Shown: positions 17,145 through 25,900 of the stretch, piece after piece
How the letters are laid out: each line of letters opens with the position of its first letter
Position numbering within the stretch: the stretch's first letter is position 1
Source of the DNA: an uncultured Pseudomonadota bacterium
GTDB taxonomy: Bacteria > Babelota > Babeliae > Babelales > RVW-14
Direction: 5' to 3'
NCBI GenBank assembly: GCA_964534555.1
Contig: CAZHRK010000003.1
Coordinates: forward strand, 72,627 to 136,626
Length of the DNA: 64,000 nt
The notes under the pieces: model-generated
The model's database searches: none
Told to the model about the DNA's origin: nothing
The model's input: only the letters and a program-made list of their open reading frames with translations
Translations under genes and position numbers: made by a program

Positions 17145-19901
17145 ATGTTTGCGTTAAAAAAATATGTGGTGGCATTTGTGCTAGTCCTAGCTGGTATTGC
17201 TGCTGCCCACTATGTGATGTCAGATCATTCAAAAGTAAAAAAATATAAAAAGATAGTAGATATTATGTTTAAAGCACCTAAAGAGCATGTAAAAAAAATA
17301 GAGCTTGAAAATGGTATGCACGTTGTGTTGTTTAAAAACACAGCCTTACCAAAAGTTTTGGTCCAAATCGCTTACGATGTTGGCTCATACGTTGAAGAGT
17401 CTGGTGAGCGTGGCCTTGCGCACCTTGTTGAACATATGATTTTTAAAGGTACAGACACCTTGTCAGAGTCTGATGTAACTGCAATAGCACGTAAATATGG
17501 TGCAACGTATAATGCTTTTACAAGTTATGATATGACAAGCTACTTCTTTGAGGTTGATAAAAACAACTGGCACCCATTCCTTCCTATTTTGGCAGACTGT
17601 ATGCAAAATGCACGGTTTGATCCGCAGCACCTGGCTTCAGAAGTTAAGGCTGTTATTCAAGAACTAAAGATGTATAAAGACTCTCCTACGCGCGTTATGC
17701 TCTATAAAGCTCTTGAGCTTCTCTATCCGCCACACCACCCATATCATACCCCTGTAATTGGCTACAAAGAAGATCTTCTCAGTTTGTCCGCAGAGCGTGT
17801 TAAAGCATTTTATAAAAAATATTACCGACCAGACAGAGCAACGCTTTTTATTGTTGGAGATATAGATCTTGCTGAGGCGGAATCTCTTGCACGTAAAAAC
17901 TTCGGGTCTATTAAAGCAAGCCCGACATCAGTCAAAAAAGACTTCCCAGTTGTGCTTCCAGACCTCACCACGCATCATACCCGTTTTTATGAAGAGATTA
18001 CCAGCCCAATGCTAGCTCTTTACTGGCTTATTCCTGGTTATAGTGATGAGCAAGAACAGGTCGGGAGTGTAATTAATGCTATTCTTGCAGGTGGGCAGGC
18101 GGGGCGCCTTGTTAGATTACTTGTTGATGAGCATAAAGTTGCGGCATCGGTGGGTATCAGCGAGGTTACGCTTATGCACTCAGGCGTGTTTTTTGTTTTG
18201 GTGCGCCCTTTGCCTGGAAAGACAGAGGAGTGTGTTTCCTTGATTTCTCAAGAGCTTGAGAAAATAGCACGCGATGGTGTGACTGATGAAGAGCTTGCCC
18301 GTACAATAAAAACAAAGAGTAAAGACTTTTTCCATTCAATGCATGATTACAGTACGCTTGTATACGACTGGATACAGTCCTACTTTGTTACGGGTAATGA
18401 ACTTGATGTCTTTGAAAAAGTTAATAGATTCAGCGCTATTACAGACGACCAGGTTAAAGATTTTGCACGAGTTTATTTAGATCCTATCTTAATGCACCGC
18501 ATGGATATGCTGCCTATTCCTGAAGATAAAAAGCGCATGCGCCAAGATGCTAAGATGCAGTCAGATCGACTTGATCAAGAAATTTTAGCTAAACATGTTC
18601 GACATACTGATGTTGAGGAAGCCGAATACTTGCATAAAACTCCAGCGCAAGATCGTCTTGAGATAGCTTTTCCTAAGCCAGATCGTCAGCTTGAGCTTGA
18701 GAATGGCTTGAGAGTTCTTATTCATGAGCAACACCATACACCTCTTGTAAGTGTATTTCTTGGCTTTAGGGATGGGTATTACCTTGATTCATCACGTGAG
18801 GGAATTCAGGCCCAAGTAATGATGGATATGCTTATTGAAGGATCAAAAGGGCGCACCAAGGTTCAGAATGTTGATGTATTTGAGCGTAATGGTGCGTCAT
18901 ATGAGTTTACAACGTCAGGCGTTACGTTTACCTGCTTGAAGCAAGATTTCTCAGACTTGCTGGAGCATATGTTCTTAATTGTGTGTCAGCCTACGTTTCC
19001 ACATGATGCTCTTGAGAAACTAAAAAAAATGACTCTTGAGGCAATAAAGAAACAGCAAGATTCTCCAAAAGCTATGGCTAGTCGTATACTGCGCAGCACT
19101 CTATACAAAGGGTATCCGTTTGAATGGAGTTACGATGATGCAGCAAAAGATATCCAGGCTCTTAATGAGAGCAGGTTGCGTCAGTTGCATAATCAACTTA
19201 TTTGCGGCAAAAATATGACCCTGACTATTGTTGGTGATGTTGAGGTTGATCAAGCTGCTCGTCTGGCACAGCAAAAAGGGTTAGCGCTTGGCGCGGGAGA
19301 GCGCTTTGTTGTCCCTACATTTGCATCTCGATCTGGCGAGCCGACAGTTCTCAAGCATAATATGCTGCGCGATCAAACAATTGTTATTCTTGGTAGGCCT
19401 TCTCCTGTTACCGTTTTTCACCCTGATAATACAGGCCTTCGAGTTCTTAGTACGATTGCATTTGATTCTCTTGGATCAAGAATTTTTGAGCTAAGGGAGC
19501 GCTCTGGTTTGTTTTATACAGCCTCTGGGGCATTTGCTTCTAGCGCTTCTGTTATTCCTGGGTTTGATCAGATTAGTGCAATTATTAGCCCTGAGAATGT
19601 TGATACGTTTAAAAAAGGTATCAAAGAAATGCTTGAGGTTCTTGCGCGTGATGGTGTGCAGCAAACAGAGCTTAATGCAGCACGTACAAGCTTTACCAAA
19701 GATCTAATTGATGTCATCTCAGATACTACAGCAATTGCTCGAACTTTGTGTAAGCTTGATTCGTATAATCTTGGTTTTGATTACTACGACAAAATGTTGC
19801 AGGCACTTCAGGACATGACGATTGATGATCTTAATGCCCTAGCTAAGCGATATTCTACGATTGATAACATGACAACAGTTATTGTCGGGCGCGTTGATTA
19901 G
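17145..19901 (+). CDS. Membrane-anchored two-unit M16 (pitrilysin-family) zinc peptidase
   Basis: HLVEHMIFKGT carries the inverted HxxEH zinc motif. 918 aa with an N-terminal TM segment and two M16-like halves. Confidence 0.85.
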   Translation: MFALKKYVVAFVLVLAGIAAAHYVMSDHSKVKKYKKIVDIMFKAPKEHVKKIELENGMHVVLFKNTALPKVLVQIAYDVGSYVEESGERGLAHLVEHMIFKGTDTLSESDVTAIARKYGATYNAFTSYDMTSYFFEVDKNNWHPFLPILADCMQNARFDPQHLASEVKAVIQELKMYKDSPTRVMLYKALELLYPPHHPYHTPVIGYKEDLLSLSAERVKAFYKKYYRPDRATLFIVGDIDLAEAESLARKNFGSIKASPTSVKKDFPVVLPDLTTHHTRFYEEITSPMLALYWLIPGYSDEQEQVGSVINAILAGGQAGRLVRLLVDEHKVAASVGISEVTLMHSGVFFVLVRPLPGKTEECVSLISQELEKIARDGVTDEELARTIKTKSKDFFHSMHDYSTLVYDWIQSYFVTGNELDVFEKVNRFSAITDDQVKDFARVYLDPILMHRMDMLPIPEDKKRMRQDAKMQSDRLDQEILAKHVRHTDVEEAEYLHKTPAQDRLEIAFPKPDRQLELENGLRVLIHEQHHTPLVSVFLGFRDGYYLDSSREGIQAQVMMDMLIEGSKGRTKVQNVDVFERNGASYEFTTSGVTFTCLKQDFSDLLEHMFLIVCQPTFPHDALEKLKKMTLEAIKKQQDSPKAMASRILRSTLYKGYPFEWSYDDAAKDIQALNESRLRQLHNQLICGKNMTLTIVGDVEVDQAARLAQQKGLALGAGERFVVPTFASRSGEPTVLKHNMLRDQTIVILGRPSPVTVFHPDNTGLRVLSTIAFDSLGSRIFELRERSGLFYTASGAFASSASVIPGFDQISAIISPENVDTFKKGIKEMLEVLARDGVQQTELNAARTSFTKDLIDVISDTTAIARTLCKLDSYNLGFDYYDKMLQALQDMTIDDLNALAKRYSTIDNMTTVIVGRVD

Positions 19902-19920
19902 TCATCTGCGCTGAATAATA

Positions 19921-19947
19921 AAAAGGGCTCGAAGAGGGCCCTTTTTT
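19921..19947. terminator. Bidirectional terminator between the M16 peptidase gene and yidD
   Basis: aaaagggc-tcgaagagg-gccctttttt, a GC stem flanked by an A-run and a T-run. Confidence 0.6.
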
Positions 19948-20173
19948 ATTGTAGTTTCCATTTGATTATTCTAAGCAATGCCGTAATTGGATTGCATGAT
20001 ATGAGTCTTATTAGTATCAGCGGTATAGCGATGCTATATCGTTTCTGATTGAGGCAAAGGCGTGCATAATCAGTGCAGCTAATAGGGTAAATGCATACGC
20101 CGACAGGGCCTAAGACCCTTCTTGCTGTCACGATAAAATCACTAAGAAGGCGTGGGGTGTTTTTTTTGCTCAT
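19946..20173 (-). CDS. yidD: Membrane protein insertion efficiency factor YidD
   Basis: 75 aa. CIYPISCTDYA...RLISCNP matches the YidD C-x-F/Y-x-P-T/S-C-S-x-YA ... R-C-H/N-P pattern. It overlaps the rnpA stop by 4 nt, the classical arrangement. Confidence 0.7.
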   Translation of the reverse strand: MSKKNTPRLLSDFIVTARRVLGPVGVCIYPISCTDYARLCLNQKRYSIAIPLILIRLISCNPITALLRIIKWKLQ

Positions 20174-20499
20174 GCTGTTATTGCTTTAAGAATATGCTGC
20201 TTAAGTGTTTCGTATGTCATAGCATGGAGGTCTTTTCTGACAAGGACAATCCATGTTGTTGGTGCTGTATAAAGCTTTTCTTCATAAAAAATTGATTTTA
20301 TGCGCCTGCGTGCCTTGTTTCGATCGTGAGCTTTGCCGCACACCCTTGGTGTTATGATAAGCATTCTTCCATAAGGAAGGTTAGATGCTGTTTTAAGGAT
20401 TTTAAGCCCATGTACTTTGTAGGCTTGCTTTGAAGTTTCAAAAGCTCGTTCTACTTCTTGTTTTGAAAAAGAGAAAAGCTCTTTATGATTTGGAATCAT
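20170..20499 (-). CDS. rnpA: Ribonuclease P protein component
   Basis: GKAHDRNKARRRIKSIF is the RNase P protein RNR-type motif. The ORF runs to 20565, but a start at 20499 (MIPNHKELFSF...) gives the usual size of about 110 aa. A hairpin at 20568-20589 argues against the longer form. Confidence 0.75.
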   Translation of the reverse strand: MIPNHKELFSFSKQEVERAFETSKQAYKVHGLKILKTASNLPYGRMLIITPRVCGKAHDRNKARRRIKSIFYEEKLYTAPTTWIVLVRKDLHAMTYETLKQHILKAITA

Positions 20500-20567
20500 A
20501 AGTATCACGCATAATTTTAAGCTAATAACAGTCAGTATTTCTCTGGCAGTATAGCACAAATTCAAAA

Positions 20568-20589
20568 GGACTCATGTTTCCATGAGCCC
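20568..20589 (-). terminator. Terminator hairpin after the 20616-21698 gene
   Basis: Minus strand reads gggctcatg-gaaa-catgagtcc followed by tttt. Confidence 0.55.
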
Positions 20590-20615
20590 TCACAAAATCT
20601 TGATTAACAAATATA

Positions 20616-21698
20616 TTAAAGACCAGCAGCTGCAAGGTGTGCAAGATGCGCTGACGCGCGTGCTGATTTATCAGGGTCTTCTGTTTGCGCTTGAAGTACT
20701 AGAAGGTGTGCCTTCAGCTCGTCAATTATTTCATCGTCTACATGGAGTGTAATGTAGTTTCCGACTGTTTCTGCAGTCAAAGAAACTCTTATTTTACCTG
20801 TTGTAATGTGCATCGGGTCTTGTTTGAGTGCTTTTTGAAATGCTGCATGATAAATAGTTGGACGGAAATCTTTTGCAACATCACCGCTCATAGCGATTGT
20901 AAAAACCTTACCATCTCTAAATGATCGTGCAATTGCACCAGTTGTTGGCATAACTACTGAACCATCGCTCTCAATAAGTTGGCGATCAATCGGTGCTGTA
21001 ACACGAACGCAGAAGGTAAAAGTGCCATCTTTACGAATATCAAGGCCAAAGCTTGGTAGAACTGACGGGTATAAGAAGGCTGTTTTAAGAGATTCATTTG
21101 AGCAGAGGTGGTCGCATACATTGTTTTGAGCTATATGGTTAGGAGCAACCTCTCCTCGTTTAGCTCTTTCAGCTCTATCTTCTGTAATAAAACGAATAAT
21201 GTTTACAGGGCTACGATCATTAACGCGTGCATGCAAGTCGAAAATGATTGTGTCATTATTTATAAAATTCGAAACAGGATCACCAGAAAACAGCTCAGGT
21301 GCAAATCTAAATGGCCACTGAGCAAGCGCTCTAGTTTTTGTTGTTGAGTGTACAATTCCTCTGCCCCCAGGTGTTGCTTGAAGGTTGTTGGTATGACTGT
21401 CTGGGCGCTCCGGAGTGTGGTAGTGTACAACTTTAGCTGATCGCGGTGGGGTGCTAGCAGGTGCAGCACTTATAGAAGGTGATAAAACTTTTGTTGTTGG
21501 GGCACCAAGCGCAGCAAGGACATCATCTGGAATTAAAGAATCTGCTCGAGGCGATGCGCTAGCACCGGCGCCACCTCTTAGTGGTGATGCTGTATGCTCT
21601 GAAACTGATGATCTGCGTGTTCTGGGTGGAGTTGCTGTTGATGCAGCATTACTATCAAGTACAGCGGCAACTGTTATGAGTATGAGTGTTTTCAGCAT
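20616..21698 (-). CDS. Secreted protein, paralog A (disordered Pro/Ser/Arg-rich N-region plus a conserved domain of about 250 aa), unknown function
   Basis: The ATG at 21698 follows AGGAAATCAC and gives the signal peptide MLKTLILITVAAVLDSNA. It shares ATPGGRGIVH and TIYHAAFQK blocks with the next gene. The ORF maximum is 21746. Confidence 0.75.
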   Translation of the reverse strand: MLKTLILITVAAVLDSNAASTATPPRTRRSSVSEHTASPLRGGAGASASPRADSLIPDDVLAALGAPTTKVLSPSISAAPASTPPRSAKVVHYHTPERPDSHTNNLQATPGGRGIVHSTTKTRALAQWPFRFAPELFSGDPVSNFINNDTIIFDLHARVNDRSPVNIIRFITEDRAERAKRGEVAPNHIAQNNVCDHLCSNESLKTAFLYPSVLPSFGLDIRKDGTFTFCVRVTAPIDRQLIESDGSVVMPTTGAIARSFRDGKVFTIAMSGDVAKDFRPTIYHAAFQKALKQDPMHITTGKIRVSLTAETVGNYITLHVDDEIIDELKAHLLVLQAQTEDPDKSARASAHLAHLAAAGL

Positions 21699-21758
21699 GT
21701 GATTTCCTATAAGGGCTTGTAATTTTATTTCGATTTTAATGAGCATGGGGCGAGTATT

Positions 21759-22829
21759 TTAGGCTGTAATCAGCGTATCGATAACAGCCGAAAGCTCAAC
21801 TGCATCAGCATATTCTTGATGTGAAGAGTCGGCAGCGATTACATCGACTCGTGCTTTTAGATCGGCCAGAGCAGAAGCACCAACAGTGTATGTAATTTTC
21901 TTGTAGGATGATCCATCTGGATTGTTGGCATCAACTGCAGAAAGGTTAATATCCTTTGTTTCAATCTCAAATGTCCATGCCCCAAATGATTTTTGAAATG
22001 CTGCATGATAAATAGTAGACAATTCACAGCTAGGAACCGCTTCAGATCGTACTGCAATAGTAAAAAGCTCTGATTTACTAAATGAGTTTCCAATTTTGCC
22101 GCCAGGCGTACGTGTTGCAGGGTCTCCAATTTTTACGACTGCTTCACGATTTATAGTTGCTGTAATGCGGATATACGTGAAAATATTGCCGGTCTTATGA
22201 TCTTTTTTTATACCAAAGGCGATTTTGCGTGATGGGTATATTACAGCAGCTTTTAAAAGTTGCTGTGAGCATATATGGTCATAAATATCTGATGATGCAT
22301 AAAATGGGTCTTTATTTTTGCTTTGGGGTGTCAGACCGCTTTTACGGCGATCATTTGCAATCATAGCGACTATTTTATCGCTAAGATTGTTTTCAACACG
22401 CTTTGCAAGATCAAAAACAACATCTTTGTTCATAATAAAGCTCGTATTAGCGCCGTCTTCAAAAAGCTCTTCATCCCATGCATAGCATTGATCACTAAGC
22501 GTTGATGTTTTTTGGATTATATGGATAATTGAGCGACCACCAGGTGTTGCTTTATGAGGGATAGTAGCTTTTTCATCGCGCATAGGCGTGCGCTTTGTTG
22601 GCGCCTCTTCGGCTGCTTTTATGTTTTGATGGGTTGGTGTTCCATACTTGCTTGGGCTGCCGAGTATTCTGCGTAACGGTGTTTCTTCTCTCGGACGAGT
22701 TGAGCGTGCTGGGCTTGCATAAGAAGCATCAGTAGTACCAGCGTTTTCAGTTTCAGGCTTTACGCTTGGGCTTTCTGCCCCAAAAAGCGGAGTAAAAACA
22801 AGAGTCATTATAAGAAGAGGAATATGCAT
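21759..22829 (-). CDS. Secreted protein, paralog B of the 20616 gene, unknown function
   Basis: Signal peptide MHIPLLIMTLVFTPLFGAES from the ATG at 22829 (ORF maximum 22871, GTG). Collinear with paralog A: ATPGGRSIIH, DHICS vs DHLCS, TIYHAAFQK. Confidence 0.75.
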   Translation of the reverse strand: MHIPLLIMTLVFTPLFGAESPSVKPETENAGTTDASYASPARSTRPREETPLRRILGSPSKYGTPTHQNIKAAEEAPTKRTPMRDEKATIPHKATPGGRSIIHIIQKTSTLSDQCYAWDEELFEDGANTSFIMNKDVVFDLAKRVENNLSDKIVAMIANDRRKSGLTPQSKNKDPFYASSDIYDHICSQQLLKAAVIYPSRKIAFGIKKDHKTGNIFTYIRITATINREAVVKIGDPATRTPGGKIGNSFSKSELFTIAVRSEAVPSCELSTIYHAAFQKSFGAWTFEIETKDINLSAVDANNPDGSSYKKITYTVGASALADLKARVDVIAADSSHQEYADAVELSAVIDTLITA

Positions 22830-22942
22830 TGCTAATAAGCCTTTCGTAAGACAATCTTTAAAGTGCCCCACTGAGCCTGAGAAAAGCTTGAGGGGGGCAC
22901 CATTATAGAGATTCTATCGATATTAGCAACCGTTACCAGGCC

Positions 22943-25900
22943 TTAGAACAGGTCTTTTAGCTTAGAAACAAGGCTTTTTGATGCTTTAATTAAAAGATCA
23001 TCTAAATCGTTAACATTTGCTTCGATTCTAATAGAAAAGTCTTTGCCACCAATAACACCTTCAATTATTGATATTGGCATTTTGCCTTGGACAACCGCCT
23101 TAAGGCTTTCAATTTCTATTCGAATTTTATTGATAGTGAAGACGTTTACTGCTCGCAGGCCAAAATCAAGGACTTTTGAGCTTACGCCAGTTGCTTTTTC
23201 TGCTGCATACAAGCTACCTTTTGCCAGCGTTAGAGCCGCGTCAGCTGTTTTTTGTGCTGCTATCAGAGCGGCTAGCTCAGCACGCTCATCAGCTGTTGTT
23301 TTATCAAGGACTTCTTTTTGTACAACCTTGCCTGCAGATTTGCCTGTATCAACCACCGAGTCAACGGCATCTTTGCCTGTATCAACCACTGAATCAAGGG
23401 TGTTTTTGCCTGTATCAACAACAGAGCTACCGATACTTTTTGCTTTATCTACTACTTTATTAAAAACGCCCCATGCATAGAGTTTATGTGGTTTTTGATT
23501 TGTCAAAAGTGTATCTAAATCAAATCGAGCATCAGTATTAGTTGCTATTTTACGTCTGAGTTCTGCTATACGTACGTCAAGCCTATCAAGATCCTTCTGA
23601 GCGCTTTCAACTTTTGATCGAGCGTCTCGAATAGATGCCCCAGCTTGATCAAGCTCACCGCGTATTTGTTTTCTGAAGCGCTCAATAAATGCTGCATCAA
23701 ATCCTGATGCGATTTCTCCTGATAATCTGAAGTCTATATTTTTAACACGCGCTACATCGTCAATACTATCCATTTCAGTTGGAAGGTTGACCGCAGATCC
23801 CTCAAATGTTGCTCTAAAAGGACCAAACAACGTGCGCACGGTTTTGAAGCTAAGCTTGTCCCCGCTAAAGAAAAGATCTGTTTGGCTTACAGATCCCAGA
23901 AGTTCTGCAAGCCCAGTGAAGGTGATGATTTGTCTGTCTTTGGTTAGTGTTAGTTCAAATGCTGCGCCATCATCATCTGTTCCGTATTTTTGATCAAGCC
24001 CCGCGCCGGTTAATTTGAGAGGCCCAATATCTATTTTCGGAATTGTTCCATTCATACTAAAGCCGCTGTCACTTACAACTATTTGTGCTTTACCATCTCC
24101 CACAAATGGCAGTGCAACAAGAGCATTCATTCTTAATCCAGGCGCAAGCACTGGTTTCTTTAATGATGTACCTTTGAGCCCAACAGTAAATTCAGCTGCT
24201 TTAATCCCCATGTTCGGTAATCTTAACGTTGGCATATCAAGGCCCGATTTTGTGGCAAATGCAATTACATCTTTAAGCGTTAGTCTCTCCGCGCGCATTG
24301 ATGTGTAGAGCAGAAAGCCTTCTTTGCTTAGTTTTACATCTGTTTGGCTTGAAACTCCAAATAGCTGTACCAACCCAGACATAAGAAAGCGTTGTTCTTC
24401 TTTTGTTAATTTAATATCAACAATCGCTCCATCATCAGCTGTTCCATATGCGCCGTCTTCTCCCATGCCTGTTATAAGCACTGGGCCGCACTCTATTTTG
24501 CTTAATTTACCTTTTGCGCTAATTCCATTATCGCGCACGAGTAGTTCTACAAGAGCAAATTCATCAAGCACCTGGACTTTACCTTTCATGGTAATCCCAG
24601 GATCGAGTCTGAAGGTTTTGAATTTTTCACCCTTCATACCAACGGTGTATTCAACATCGCTTAATCCAAGGTCGGGTAGTGCATCAGGTGGTAGCGTGAG
24701 TCCTGTTTTGTTTGCAGCAGCAATAATGTCTTTTAAATTAATGCGATCAATTTTGAGCGATGATAAGAATTCAAAGCCTTCTTTTCCTAGGTACACTTCT
24801 GTTTGTGCTGAGCTTCCAAATATTTTAATTAACCCCGAAATTAAGACATGCTGCTTTGTTGGCGTAAGCGCAAAACTAACAACTGGTCCATCATCAGGTG
24901 TGCCGTATGTTTTATCTAACCCTTTTCCTGTTATCAGTACTGGGCCTAGCTCTAGTTGGGATATTGTGCCCTCTGCTATTATGCCGCCTATATCAACATT
25001 AACGTTAATAGTTGCTTTTTCATCAAGTACTTCCATAGAGCCTTTGAACGTTAGGCCTGGGTCGAATTGAATCTCTCCAATCGATCCACCAGTTGGTGCA
25101 AATTTTACTTCAACATCATGAAAGCCAAAGTTTGGAACTTTTTCTATTGCGATATTTGCGCCTGCGCTTCTTGCAAGGCTTGCAAGGTCAGATAAGAAAA
25201 GTCGGTTGATACTGCCATACATAATCAGGTCTTGAAGATTTGCAGTGACCAGCGTTCCTACGCGTGCTTTGATATCACCTACTTGTACAGCGCCAGTAAG
25301 ACCGAATTTAGTCGGTAAACCAGTAGCAGAGAAGACCGCGTAGTCTATACCAGCTTCTACCGCCACATCAGATATAGCAAAGCCTTTGATGCCCATAGGG
25401 TTGTGCCAATCTCCCTTCATTGTGCCTGAGAGCGATGCGCTATCTGGCTCAACTTTTACTCGGCCATAGAGTCCCAGGGGCTCGTCTTTATCAGATGGGA
25501 TAACAGTGATTTTTGTTATGAGAGAGAGCTTCGGGCCACTTCCGTCAAATTCAAAAATGAGGTTATCAAGTGTTGCCTTTTTACCCAGGCGTACTTGCGC
25601 AGGGATATTTGCTTGAAGCTTAAGGTCTCTGATGCTCCTGCCAACCGACATAACGGTATAAACTTCTTTAGGTGCATCAGGGACTAAATTGCTTACACCA
25701 GCAAAGACACCACCGGTTGTAGGCATTTTTAGGACAATTGAGACGCCCTGAGGGATATCAATTTTTAATGCTGGGTCGGTGTAGGCTTTTGATGCAGCGA
25801 TGATACTTGCGCGTGAGAAGTCGATTTTATCAATATCTGTTCCTGCTGCATCAGGAATAGAGTCAGATACTTTCCAGCCAGCTTTAATACCGCCCTTAAG

